Positions 22,801 through 35,160 of a stretch of 64,000 nucleotides of DNA are shown piece after piece (position 1 is the stretch's first letter; the number at the start of each line of letters is the position of its first letter). Origin of the DNA: Zootoca vivipara (lineage: Eukaryota); contig NC_083285.1 of NCBI RefSeq assembly GCF_963506605.1, forward strand, positions 34,782,001-34,846,000. The letters are read 5' to 3'. Under the pieces are notes generated by a model. The model searched no databases. It saw only the letters and a list, made by a program, of their open reading frames with translations, and was not told the DNA's origin. Position numbers and translations under genes: made by a program.

Positions 22801-22885
22801 GTGTGTTGGAAGCTGCCTAGAGTGACAGGGGCAATCCAGCCAGATGGGCAGGGTATAAGTAAAAAGTTGTTGCTGTTGTTGTTAT
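22755..22885 (+). repeat. (TTA)n microsatellite plus L2 3' tail
   Basis: GTTGGAAGCTGCCTAGAGTG...CCAGATGGGCAGGGTATAA matches the L2 3' UTRs at 13320-13380 and 38815-38875. Confidence 0.8.
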
Positions 22886-23649
22886 AAATGCAACAAAGAG
22901 TGCATCCCCAAAGAGCCAATCCCTGTTTATGTCACCTGTGCAAGGGCCGCCCCATTGTTGGGCACCCTGTGCCTCCCAGTAGCACCTCCTTTTATCCCTG
23001 ACCAAAATGCCAGCCAGAGACCTCCCAAGGAAGCACCCAGAGCTGGTTCGGGTGTTTCTGGTTTGGAAAACAAAAGGTTTGTGTCCACAGTCCACCCCCT
23101 TCACCTGAACTCTTGAGCAGCTGGGAAGGGTTCCGCGTAAAGTTTTGCTAGGCCTCAGCAGGGCAGATGTTCCAAGAGCATGAGGGGAAAGGCAAGAAAA
23201 TTGCCTGCCATCCCAGCTCCAACATTACAGCTTCTGCTGGACACCATTGAAGCTGCTGCTGCTCTTTGGTTGGTTGGTTCACTTTCTTTGTCCTTGTCAT
23301 TGAGATTTTTCCAAGAAAGAAGATGAAATAACATTAAACATTAAAAGCTTACTCCTCCCACAAAAAAATAATAACCTCGTGAAATAACCGCCATGTTTCA
23401 CGACTTCTGTGTGTTGTTGTAGAAGTAAGTAAGCAAAAGCATTTGCTGGCAGACTGTACATGCCACTAAAGCAAAGCCAGTTGTCGATTGTGGTTTTTTT
23501 TTAAAAAAATGTATTATAACGATAACAAATAAATTGCAGTACCTGAGAATAATATTGCATTCCAAGTCACTTATCATTTTTGATGCTTCACTGGTTCAAA
23601 ATTGGGATTTTGTTTGTTCTACGTGACATTTGATGCAGCTTTTTGTTTA

Positions 23650-24054
23650 CAGTCATACCTCGGTTTAAGTACGGTTTGAGTATTTTCAGATTAAGTACTC
23701 CGCAGACCCGTCTGGAATGGATTAATCCACTTTCCACTACTTTCAATGGGAAAGTTCGCTTCAGGTTAAGTACGCTTCAGGTTAAGTACAGACTTCCGGA
23801 ACCAATTACACTCATACCTCGGGTTAAGTACGCTTCAGGTTGAGTACTCCGCGGACCCATCTGGAACGGATTAATCCACTTTCCATACTTTCAATGGGAA
23901 AGTTCACTTCAGGTTAAGTACACTTCAGTTTAAGTACTCTGCGGACCGTCTGGAACGGATTAATCCACTTTCCATTACTTTCAATGGGAAAGTTCGCTTC
24001 AGGTTCAGTACAGACTTCCGGAACCAATTGTGTTTGTAAACCAAGGTACCACTG
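23650..24054. mobile_element. Tc1/pogo-like MITE with a triplicated internal unit
   Basis: Termini CAGTCATACCTCGGTTT...AAACCAAGGTACCACTG with TA flanks. A core of about 57 bp recurs at 23711, 23860 and 23949. Confidence 0.9.
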
Positions 24055-25295
24055 TACTTGTTAGTTTGCCCTGGTTCCAGGACTTCTAACAACTTATTCT
24101 ATGGCTCACTGCATTGTTTAGGTGTGTACTGGCAAGACCTTATTACCTCATGGCAAACAGATCAAAATACAACTGCCTGTCAAGTGAAGTTTAAATGGGC
24201 TGGCTCATGGTCAACTGGCCCACACACTAATTTCAAAGTTTTAAATTACTAATTTACATTTATATTAGATTTAATTATATCTCTCTATCATGTGAAATTT
24301 CCTAGCTTCATATTCCCCTCTTTAAAATGATGATGAGTGAAAGGGAATTTGTGTTTGATACAGTAGATTAATCCAATAAAGCCTACTTAATATGAAATTC
24401 TGGCTTTCTAGTTACTCATGTGGACTAATTAAATCCACCTTTATAAAAATGTAATAATGCCTTAAAGCATAGCCAGATTTCTCATTGTTTAATTCTGACA
24501 TTACCCTGGTGGCATGGCAGTGGAACATGGCATCCCTCCCCCAAATGAACCAATATAGGACATAAGACAATTAACTTGCCTTTATTAAATTGCTTTAGTT
24601 ACCGCTATGGCTATGATAATATACTATGAATGATATTATGTTATAGCAATTGACCAGCAATATCACATTTGAAAATCATAACACCGGTTAACTGCAGAAA
24701 CACTTGAGTTTCTAGCTGTTATTTTGTCCTGGAAATGGGGTGGAGGTGGCTTTCACCCCCTAACTCTCAGCTATGGGAAATTACCTCTTTTAGATGTTTA
24801 TATTCAGACATCTTCCTTAGATTGCAAATATACAAAAACTGCGAACTCGTATCCCTGCAGTCAGAAGATGTGCCCAGAAAGAAAAACAATGTAGGAAAGA
24901 GGATGAAATAATATAACTGAACTATGCACAAGCAAAGAAAGGTGCTGAAAATACCAAATAGTTATAGTTTATGCCAAATATTTGCATAATAAAATTATAC
25001 CGCAGCCATTATATCATTCTAGGAACAATCTATATAACCTTAATCATTGCACTAGCATTACTGGCCAGGGCTGATGAGAGTTGTAGTCCAAAATATTTGG
25101 AGGGCAAAAGGTTGGAGAAGGCTGCCATGTTGGCTTTGCCCTACTGTAGTTCAAATAAAAGCCAATAGGATTTCAGTCACAGAATCATAGAGCTGGAGGG
25201 TTTCCAGCTTGCCTTTGCACTGCTTTAAGGGCATTTTCTATTTTATTGCATACACATTGCTGTGCATCACCCAGATATTTTACATTATGGAGGTA

Positions 25296-25564
25296 AAGTT
25301 GCGAACGGGATTGCGAACGGTTGCGAACGGGATCCATTCCAGAGGCCCATTCGCAACCTGAAAAGGCCGCATCCTGAAGCACCATGTCTGCACAGGCACA
25401 TGACGTAATTTGGCAATTCTGCGCATGCGCAAAGCATGATTTAGCGCTTCTGCACATGCATGCGCGCTGAACCCATAAGTAACCCATTCCGGGACTTCCG
25501 GGTTTGGCGCCTCCGTATCCCGAAAAGACGCATTCTGAAGCGGATGTAACATGAGGTATGACTG
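25296..25564. mobile_element. Tc1/pogo-like MITE with one end missing
   Basis: Right TIR GAGGTATGACTG followed by TA, three TTGCGAACGG repeats, CpG-rich. Confidence 0.75.
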
Positions 25565-27924
25565 TATATAATTTTAAAAAAAATGAATAAAAATATAGAA
25601 ATCCAGAGCTAGAACATCTTCAACAGGTAACTGTCCAACCCCTGTCTGAAGATGTCTGGTGAGGGACACTCCATCCTAGCCACACAGCTGGGTATAATTC
25701 AGTGAGACACAGCAGGAGTGAGGGCCACCTTTTTGCCCCTGAAGGCCTTGGTCTTCCAGCGCTGGGTGAGAGTCACATGCCAGTGGCAGAGCTGATGTTG
25801 GTGGCGGGCATGGCCATGAAGACACACTCAGTTGACACTCACATATTCAGTTTTCCTTCTTAGTTTGCCCCCCAAGTGATTCCCAGCATTAACATCTCCC
25901 CCAGCGTTAGCTTTCCCCACCCCAGGGGTCCTGATCATACTAAGACCGTGGTTCCAAAACTGCTGTTAGCAACTCAGAGGCAGCAATTTCAGCTGTATCA
26001 GTTAAAAGCTTTCCTACCATAGTGATTATTATGTAGCCCAACTCATCATCTTGGTAATAGCAGAAGAGGCACAACCATCTTGCCTGACTGCTAGTTGAGA
26101 GCTGATCAGCTGGATGGAGGGGAAAGTGAGCGGGCTCCTCAGGGGTCAACACAGGGAGTGGCCAATGGCTTCTTGTGACCCCTGGGCCACAGGTTTCCTT
26201 CTGGTGATGCCAAAGGGCTACATTTGGGTTTCAGGTTGTATTGGCACAGCAGTTTATTTCACTTCTTTGATGTTTCTCTCAACTTTTAGTCCCTGCATTA
26301 TATTTGAGCTTTCGCACAACTTCCAGAAAACAAATGGGATATAGCTCAATTTAGTGTTCAGTTCCATGTTATTTGATTAAAAAAAATAATAATGTTGGCA
26401 GTCCCCTTAACCCAGAAAATCACAGAAGTAAAGTGATTAGATTTGGGGCACATAGTGTTCCCCCACTGTTTTCATGGAGAAATCACGGGGGGACAGAAAC
26501 ACACATGCAAAAAGGGTGGAGGAACAGAGGCATTATCACCGGTGTGATAGAAAATTATACTCTTCAAAAAGCCACAGTTCCACAACACGATGGGCACTGT
26601 AGTGTGAAAACGGGAAGTGCTAGCATCAGGGAAACTAATGCAATATTCCCCTCAGTATCAAACTACTCCTGCCATTAAGACATTTCTCTTCCTGTTCAAC
26701 AGGACTCTATCGACCTGCAATTTAAGCCCATTACACCTTGGCCTTGCCCTTTGGGCAGCACAGAACAAGAGCTCGCCCTTTTCTCTGTGACAGCCTTTCT
26801 GCACAACAGCCATCAACAATTTAATCAATATATTTGTTTAATGTTAGGAAGAAAAGTAACTTGTCACCAACACATTTGAAAATATTAAGAGCTATGAAGA
26901 AGGGGCCGTGTGCTACAGGTTTGTGAGAAATAACTGTTCAGACCGTTGAGCTGAAAAATTCCATTTAGGACACCGCATAGCCTTCTTTCTTCCCTAATTA
27001 TAATTCTCTGTAGGTATGAGTTCTAATAGATTCAAGCATTCAAGTCTTTCTCCATTCAGCTACAGGCAATGTATAACAGCAAGAATGATCCCCCCCCTTA
27101 AATATATTCTGTAGACAAAGTTGACATAATAGGCTACATAAATGGAATTGATTTTTTTAAAAAAATATTTCAGTCTCCAAGAGCGTGAGACCCATTTAAT
27201 TGTTTTACTTGTTGAAAGGGGCAAAAGTCCTAGCTATTAAAGTGGTCACATGAGAACTGGATCTGATATAAAATCAAATAGTCTAGTGTGTTATTAGTAC
27301 ATTGATTTTTCTACCAGTGCACAGGTAATATAAAGCTTCGTGCTCAATATTAAAATTATAAGGAAGAATATAGTATCATCTGGTAGCTGAGTAATGTTCG
27401 CTCTACTTAATAAAGCCATCAGACAATAGCATAATGGGGGGGGGGCAGCCCAGGAATGCTATAGCTTATGCCTCAATGTGAAAACTAACATAAGAGCAAA
27501 TGTTAAGATAAATGCAGTGTCTGTGCATTTCTGGGTCATGTTCTATAAGACAATCCAGAAGACTTGCTGGCACAAGCTTGCAGCACTTTTGCAGTTTTCA
27601 GGTAGGATTCCGTCACATAACCCCAAATCCAGGTGGTGCAATTAAAGATGGAGCTCTTGCCCAACAAACCCACTTCTCCTCAGATCAGACTTTATGCCAT
27701 AAGGAAAGAGATGGGGAAGCACACTAAAAGTGTCGGGCACCATTCACTTGATTCAACATCATTCAATCTCACTGCGAACAAATCAGAATGGATGCTCAAC
27801 AAATATCCAGTTTTCTAACCTCCACGCAAACAAGTCTGGGAAAATATTCAATCATCAGGTTGCCTGGAGGCGATATTACTGTCTTCATCTTGCTTTTGTC
27901 CTTATGGTCCCCACATAGGGAACA

Positions 27925-28480
27925 ACATGAGAACGGAAGAAGAGTCTTCTAGATCAGGCCAGTGGCCCCTCTAAGTCCAGCTGTGTGGCAAACTGGCAAG
28001 GTGGACCTGAGTACAAGAGAAATCTCTCCTCCTGCAGTTGCCAACAAATGGTACTCAAAAGCATTCCAGCTGTGGAAGCAGAGCACAGCCATCATGACTG
28101 GTGGCCATTAATACCATGAATTTGTCCAATCCCTTTTACATGATGGTCATCACTGCCTCCTGGGGGAGTAAGTTCCATAGCTGAATTGCATGCTATGTGA
28201 AGAAGTCTTTTCTTTTTTCCGTCATCTTCCAGCATTCAGCTTCATTGACTGTCCATGAGTTCTATGAGAGAGGGAGAAAACTTTTCTCTAACCATTTTCT
28301 CCAAGTCATATAACATGTTGTACACTTCTATCATGTCGCCTCTTACTCGCCTTTTCTCTATAGTGCAAAGCCCCCAATGCGGCAACCTGTCTTCTTTGGG
28401 GAGTTGATCTATTCCCTTGATCATTTTGGTTGCCCTTTTGTGAACTTTTCCAAGTCTACAATATCCTTTTGAGTTGAGGC
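27925..28480 (-). mobile_element. CR1 LINE 3' fragment
   Basis: Remnant MIKGIDQLPKEDRLPHWGLCTIEKRRVRGDMIEVY carries the CR1 RRLRGDMIEVY motif. Confidence 0.88.
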
Positions 28481-28555
28481 CTGAGGCTGTTCTCTAGCTG
28501 CCTTAAAGGAGGCAGTAATATGGCCACTCCTGAAGAACTGTTTTATTGTATACAT

Positions 28556-28704
28556 ATGTGCTGCTCTGGTTTGCCAGAAGCGGCTTTGTCATGCTGGCCA
28601 CATGACCTGGAAGCTATACGCCGGCTCCCTCGGCCAATAATGCGAGATGAGCGCGCAACCCCAGAGTCGGTCTCGACTGGACCTAATGGTCAGGGGTCCC
28701 CTTT
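28556..28704 (+). mobile_element. 5'-truncated Sauria SINE
   Basis: Near-identical to 22372-22515. Confidence 0.92.
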
Positions 28705-29269
28705 TTAATGAAATATACATAGTGTTTGTGTAGTTGTCATAACAGAAAGTCTATCTTAGAAATATCTCTCAGTTTCCCAAAGCAGTTCTAGACCTCTTCC
28801 AAGTCTTCTTTATGATGGCGTCTCAGCTGAACCTTCTTATCTTGGACATAAACATTGTAAGTGCTTGAAGCTAGGAAGCTTATTATCTTGACACTGTAGG
28901 GAAGACAAAAAATTAAGCCCGTACAAATTGGCTTTAAACTACTTACAGCCTGAACCATGAAATATGGTTAAAAAGCACACTAACTAACCATCCTGTTCAA
29001 CGTGAAACTAGAACACTCAGTGCCCTCCGGTCTCTATTTCTGTACACATACTAGTTTCTGAAAACATGGATGAGTTTAAATATGCCCCTTGAGGAAGCCA
29101 TGGGAGGAAAACCTGTGAAGTTATCATGCTTTGAGGGATCTCTTTGTGAATTTATAGGAAATTATACATTAGATGTGGTTCAAACTCTCTCCCCTATTTG
29201 ATGAAGCACGTGGTTACTTTTAGATTTGCCTAGAGTAGTTATCAATACTTTGTGGTAAGAATATATGCA

Positions 29270-29337
29270 ATGTAGACAAAACTCAGCTCGATGGGCCAAG
29301 TGGTATGACTCAGTATAAGACAGCATCTTATGTTCCT
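29270..29337 (+). mobile_element. Squam3-like SINE 3' fragment
   Basis: TGTAGACAAAACTCAGCTCGATGGGCCAA...GACTCAGTATAAGACAGCATCTTATGTTCC. Confidence 0.6.
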
Positions 29338-29859
29338 CAATTGCCCATAGAAAGCTTTCATCCTTACAGTTTGTACACCCAGAGGTTTTATTCAGAAGAT
29401 ATGCTGAATATATGTAGGGAGCATGTTTCATCTAGAGTACGTCTGCAAAATGCTATGAAGCTGATCATGTTTCAGAATTGCCCCCCTGATTGTGACTGTT
29501 ACCCTGTAGGTGGCCTTGTTGATCTGTGGAACAGAGCTTGCAGGGAGCTCTATAAATGCAATAAAAAATATAAAATGTCAGTCACTCAGCATGTACATTG
29601 GAGATAATTAATGAAGTGTTTACAAAAACAGCGCTCTAAGTATAGAGATAACATCAGATCTTGCTGTAACTGCACATTTAGGTCTTATCTTTGCTGTCTT
29701 TTGGCTGTGGTGTATCTATATATATTTGTTATGGCACTCTAAAATTAATCCCGGACACATAATTTTAAAGGAGATGGGACTTCTAAGAAAGGGATTATAG
29801 GTAATTAGAGATATAACGTTTTACAAGATCTCCGAATCCTAACTAAAGCTTTCTTGGCT

Positions 29860-30250
29860 AACTTCCTTAATGTTATGCTATATTATTTATTTCTCTCCCG
29901 TTTACAGCTAATTAATGGCTTATTCATCTGAGATTTGTTTAACCTCGACCCCAATTAATGTTCATGTTTTCATTCAAAAGCATTGCTATTTATTTGGCCC
30001 TGGCTTTCAAGTAGTTGAGCCTTCCTGCTCCCTTTGAAGCACAGTCTTTCCATTTAAACAACAGATTAAGTTTCATTAAAATTGCCATAAATATTGCAGC
30101 CATCTCCATGGCACCAAAGCATTTGGTTATGCTCGCTGAGGTCTGAAATAATATGTCAACTCACACTGTAAACTGTTGAATAAAAATGCATTACACCAAG
30201 GGTTGCTATCTCAGGAAAATGGATGGGCATTGCAAACAGGAATGTCTGTA
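29860..30250. promoter_or_regulatory. Candidate conserved non-coding element
   Basis: Repeat-free, with CTAATTAATGG, CAATTAATG, TGTTTAAC/TAAACA and CCATAAA motifs. Conservation not tested. Confidence 0.3.
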
Positions 30251-30300
30251 GCCTTCTTATCTTTTTGCAGCTGCTCTACTCTACTCTTCTCCATTTGATT

Positions 30301-30302
<2 letters not shown>

Positions 30303-30353
<51 letters not shown>
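30303..30353. repeat. (AT)n microsatellite
   Basis: Read directly from the sequence. Confidence 0.95.
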
Positions 30354-30354
<1 letters not shown>

Positions 30355-31249
30355 CAGTTTTATAGTACAATTTCAGACTGGATAATTTACTAAGCAGCAT
30401 TTGCTGCACCTAATTAAGAGGACATCAGAATGCTCCACAAATCTGGGAGGGGGGGAATGCTACACAAATCAATTGCTTTATTAGTCTACTAAAACTAATT
30501 AGAAAATGATAAATAACACCAATTTCACTGAATAATAAATGCCTTACATTGGTCAATAGAGAGAGTATTAAAACTTTAAATATGAAACTGCTATTGACAT
30601 CTCTGCATTAACTTATTATGGAACAAGCAACAAGATAGCGGCTCATTAGAAAGGCAGTTAACTTGGAAAAAAAAATCTTGCAGGAGGAGGGAAAAATCTA
30701 TGGTTGGAATATAATTGTGCCCATCTGTTTGCAGAGGGGCACTTGATCTAATGCAGGGCTTTGCTAACAGAAGACACGAAGAGAAGGTTCCTGCCTCTTC
30801 CCCCTGCAGTCCCCCCTCAAAAAAAGGCGACATGGGGGCTTTGAGGACATTAAGTGAAAAGCCCATCTCCTCCTCTCAAAGACTCTTCTATAAATGGAAC
30901 TGCATACAGAAATTGAGGGCAACCATATGGCATGGCATTGGACTCACAATGTACTATCAGTGTTTTACATCACTTCTGCACAAATCGAAATAATAATAAT
31001 TAGCATTATTTGTCATTAATTGACAATGTTATTATTATTTATCAACCGTATATTCTGCCCAAAGGAATCTGGGGCAGCAAACACACACAAAAATGAAAAC
31101 AATAGAATTTTTTTTTTTAAAAAAACCCATTTATAGACAATTAAAACACCTAAAACAATTAAAATATCTAAAAGTATTTTAAAACAAAAACATAAGTTTG
31201 CCAGGAAGAATATCTTCCAGCTATCAAATGCAATTTTCAAAACCAAAAA

Positions 31250-31545
31250 ACCTCACCCCACTCTGCAAGCACTGTAGAAGCCCTATGCCACACTGAAACC
31301 CACCCCACACTGAATCCTCTCTGCCCCAATGGCATTTTGCCCACCCCACACTGAAATTCATTCTACACACTCCACCCCACAATTGCAACCCCACCACAGA
31401 ACTCCATAAACACCCCACCCCACAGTGAAACCCCAGAGCAGACACACACTGTGCCTCGCACCTATTCCCCCCAACATTCACCTGACTCCACACCAAAACA
31501 CATGCAAAACTCGCATCACACTGAGACCCACCCCCATGGAATCAA
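31250..31545. repeat. Degenerate C/A-rich minisatellite-like array
   Basis: CCCCACACTGAAAC-like units recur at least seven times. Confidence 0.6.
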
Positions 31546-32097
31546 CTGACGGGAGGATTCATCTAGCAATATAATAAGGAAAGCAGATGATTCATTCAGG
31601 ACACCTGGAGGCATCTTTGCTTGTCCCAAGAGCTCAAGACCTTTGAGCCTGAAGAGCCAAAAGAAAGTTTGGAAGCATGAAGGATAACTGTAAGCAAGCA
31701 CAATTTGTGGCACATTGCTGCGTCTCAGGTTCCGGTTTCTCAGCTTTGTGGAGCCTGCGCCAACATGAGATAGCCCTAAGCCTGATCTAAAACTGACAGG
31801 ATTTTTAAAATCATTGAATAAATAAGCAAGGCCCTCACATCCAAAAATGCCAGCCGGACTGGCATCCGTATTTGCAAAAAAAGATCAAGGCTTCAGCTTG
31901 GTACGGGAGTCGGAAAGGACTCTTAATTTCTGCAGTTAGCTTCAGGGCCACTGAGCAATCTCCCCTGCTTTCATTCACTGCTTTATGACAAGCTGCCTCC
32001 TCTAATCTGCCTCAACCTGTACATTAATTAACTTAAAGTCACTGTGACAAGCTTGTCATTTCAGATTTTCGGGGAGCAGGGAGGGAGGTTCCCAGAG

Positions 32098-32098
<1 letters not shown>

Positions 32099-32136
<38 letters not shown>
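32099..32136. repeat. (TG)n microsatellite
   Basis: Read directly from the sequence. Confidence 0.95.
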
Positions 32137-32139
<3 letters not shown>

Positions 32140-32294
32140 CTATATATAATCTCTCCACAGTTTTAAACCAATAATCTGCAACAAATCTATATGTCATCTA
32201 TAATGAAAGAAAGGAACAAGCTGGAGAGCGGGTTGTCACAGAGCATGGTGACAGGCCCCAAACTTTTCCAACCTTCAGGCTTCTTCTGTTTAGT

Positions 32295-32352
32295 AAATGA
32301 ACCGCCTTGAGATTTTTGATGCAGGGCAGGATATAAATCGAGTAAATTAATA

Positions 32353-32399
<47 letters not shown>
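32295..32399 (+). repeat. L2-type 3' tail with (AAT)n
   Basis: TGAACCGCCTTGAG...GGGCAGGATATAAAT followed by an AAT run. Confidence 0.7.
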
Positions 32400-32852
32400 G
32401 TCAATAGGAAATTAAGTGTTCCCCCCAAAGCAATCAACAAGGATCTGCATGTTTCACCCTTCAAATAATTCCCATGCAACAAATGATCCCCACCAGCAGC
32501 TGTAATGTTGATTTAGGAATCGGGTCATTAGACTTTTAAACACATTTGGAACTCCCTCCCCTTGAACATTAGATAGGCAACACCTCTGTTTTCCCCTTCA
32601 GCACCTGCTGAAGATTTTCCTCTTCCAATGCAACTTTTCAACTGATATCGTTTCCAGTCTGCATCAGTATTGGAACTGTTTTAAATCTGCTTTTAAGATG
32701 TTTTAATTGTTTTATCACTAGTTGTTCACCGTCTTGGGGGGGGGGGTTGGAAGGAAGAATATGAATTTAATAAATAAAAGAATAAACTCCCCAGATTCTC
32801 AAACTCTGTGAAAAAACATAAGATTGAGTTTATTAATGTATTTTCATTAATT

Positions 32853-33031
32853 GCATTTATATCCCACTTCGTCTACAAGATCATCAAGGTGATCACAATG
32901 ACCCAGTGAAGTTGGCTAGGCTGAGAAGCAGTGACCGGTCATCCAACGAGCTTCATGGCCCAGTGAAGGTTTGATCCGTTGTCTCCCAGATCCTAGATAA
33001 ACACTCTAACCACTGCACCACACTAACTCTC
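32853..33031 (-). mobile_element. CORE/MIR-like tRNA SINE
   Basis: The reverse strand reads GAGAGTTAGTGTGGTGCAGTGGTTAGAGTG...CTAGGATCTGGGAGAC...GCCATGAAGCTC...TCTCAGCCTAGCC. Confidence 0.75.
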
Positions 33032-33759
33032 AATTTACTTGGTGGTTTGGCTTCTTGGAAGTGTATTTATGGACATGGCATATTATTGTTGCACTAGAAA
33101 TGCTATGAGGTGAAAGCTTTCTTCATAAGGAGACACATTTATAGCTGAAAATAGATTACTTCAGTGCTTTCTATTTGTCCCTGGAGTGGAGACTGGGGGC
33201 ACTGGAGTTTGGAGAGAGGGATGCAACACCTTTCAATCATTGCTTTTACTTTGCCAAATAATTTTAAGGAAATAATTACAAATGACTACCTTTTTATGGT
33301 ACTGATTTCATATCATTATATGTGCTCCAAAGAAAATGTGATGCGGCTCCCAACTGATAAATCAGTAACGAATTCAGAAATATCCTGATAAATCGACCCA
33401 GTCAGTTTCATGGCAGCAGCCGGGCTACTTATTCAAACACTGATATCAATCTGAAAGCCTCTATAAAGAGCAGGATAAGGCTGGCAAATATCTCTCTGTT
33501 CAGTAGTCTTTGGGTGAAGGTATTCAAGATTATTTCCGGAAAGCACAGTGCACAGATTTATTGCTGATTATTTACGTAGTACTTGAAAGCAGACATGAGC
33601 ATATTCAACCTACATTATAGCCACTGCACGGGATTCCTGTTCACTTACAATCACAGTTCAAGGTGTTGAATTTTTAACTGATTTTAAATCCCTGTATGGC
33701 TAAGGAATGTCATTTTCAGTTCCTATACCACTCTGCCAAAGTTATTGAAACGACTAGGG

Positions 33760-34215
33760 CAGGGGTCAGCAAACGTTTTCTGCAGGGAACCAGTCCACTG
33801 TCCTTCAGACCTTGTGCGGGGCTGGACTATATTTTGAAAAGAAAAGAAAAAACCCTCCCCACCGACTCTCCCCTCCCTTTTTCACGGCACCGGGTGAGCC
33901 CCAGTGGCTGCTTACCTGTGCCTTGTGAGCGGTAGGGGCTGCTGGTGGTGGTGGCGGCGGCAGCAGAGGGATGATGAGCGACGCAAAAAGGCTGGCTCCA
34001 GAGAGTGGCTACTTAAAATGTCACTCAGCCAACCGCGGCTCAACAAAGCCCAGCCCCCTTCCTCCTCTAGGTAGGGCAGGGAGAAGTCAGGAGGAGAGAG
34101 GGAGGAGGCACCGCCACAAACGATCAGAATCTCCAGACAAATCCACATGGACTGTCCACGGGCTGGATCCAGAAGACAATTGAGCCTCATCTGGGCCCCG
34201 GGCCTTAGTTTGCCG
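33760..34215 (-). mobile_element. Non-autonomous hAT-Charlie element, OposCharlie1(OC1)-like ends
   Basis: The end CAGGGGTCAGCAAAC...GTCCACTGTCCTTCAGACCTTGTG...GGACTATATTTTG is the reverse complement of 61535-61612. The left flank GACTAGGG fits nnnTAnnn. Confidence 0.75.
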
Positions 34216-34396
34216 CGCTGGGCACCCCGCCCCAGAACATGTGCCACACCCCTACAGGCGGTGCACCATGCCCCCAGAATGCGTGCCATTCCCCTACGGG
34301 CAGCACACCCCACCCCCAGAGTGCACATCACGCCCCTAGGGCGGCGCACCAGCCCTACCCCCGTCCCCGGTGCCGGAGCATGAAGCTCTGCCACTG
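34216..34396. mobile_element. End of a second hAT-like element with GC-rich tandem units
   Basis: Three units of about 43 bp (CCCCAGAA..TG.GCCA..CCCCTAC.GGC), ending AGCTCTGCCACTG. Confidence 0.5.
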
Positions 34397-34796
34397 TTCA
34401 CAGGTGACCCCTGTGAGTCATCAGATCAGCGTCTTTTTAGTTGTGGCCTTGTGAGCTTTGGGTGAAGTGTGGTATACAAATTTTAAAAAATTACAACAGC
34501 AGCAGCAGCATAAAATCTATAAATCCTACCCTCCACACATTAGTGGAAGCTTTTTGGTTTGACTTCCAGAATGTGTCCTCATTTGGGGGTCAAACAGCAC
34601 TCTATATTAAATATGCAATCATCTTTTTAGAAATAAAAATGGGGGAATAAGACCACAGAAGAGGAAGGAGGAACTGAATAGTCTAGGCCACACGGTCCTG
34701 ACAAAAAGAAATAAAATAAATCACGTCCTACAACCCCGAAACTGACAGATCCAGCCCTACGGTAGCTCCAGAACTGTGATACCAGTACAGCACCTT

Positions 34797-35160
34797 CATA
34801 GAATCACAGAATTGTAGAGTTGGAAGGGGGCTACATAACGAGGCTCATCTAGTCCAACCCTCTGCAATGAAGGAATCTCAACTAAAGCATCCCCGCCAGG
34901 TGGCTATCTAACCTTCTGCTAGAAACCTCCAAGGAAAGAGAGTCTACAACTTCCTGAGGGAGTCTGTTTCCACTGTTGAACAGCTCTTGCTGTCAAAATG
35001 TTCCTCCTGCTCTTTAGCTGGAATCTCCTTTCTTGTGACTTGAAGCCATTGGTTCGAGTCCTATCCTCTGGAGCAGTTGAAAACAAGCTCGCTCTGTCTT
35101 CCACATGACAGTCCTATCGTATCTCCTTTCAGTTGCCTCTTTTCCAGGCTAAACGCACCT
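34797..35160 (-). mobile_element. CR1 LINE 3' end
   Basis: Tail CATAGAATCACAGAAT and remnant LFSTAPEDRTRTNGFKSQERRFQL..RRNILTARAVQQW. Confidence 0.9.

Noticed and set aside
23650-24054. CRISPR-like repeat-spacer pattern
   Set aside because: The intervening segments are themselves repeated, and the unit is bounded by TIRs and TA, so it is a MITE.
33912-34454. GC-rich ORFs or CpG island suggesting a promoter
   Set aside because: The region lies entirely within hAT-derived sequence and GC-rich tandem units.
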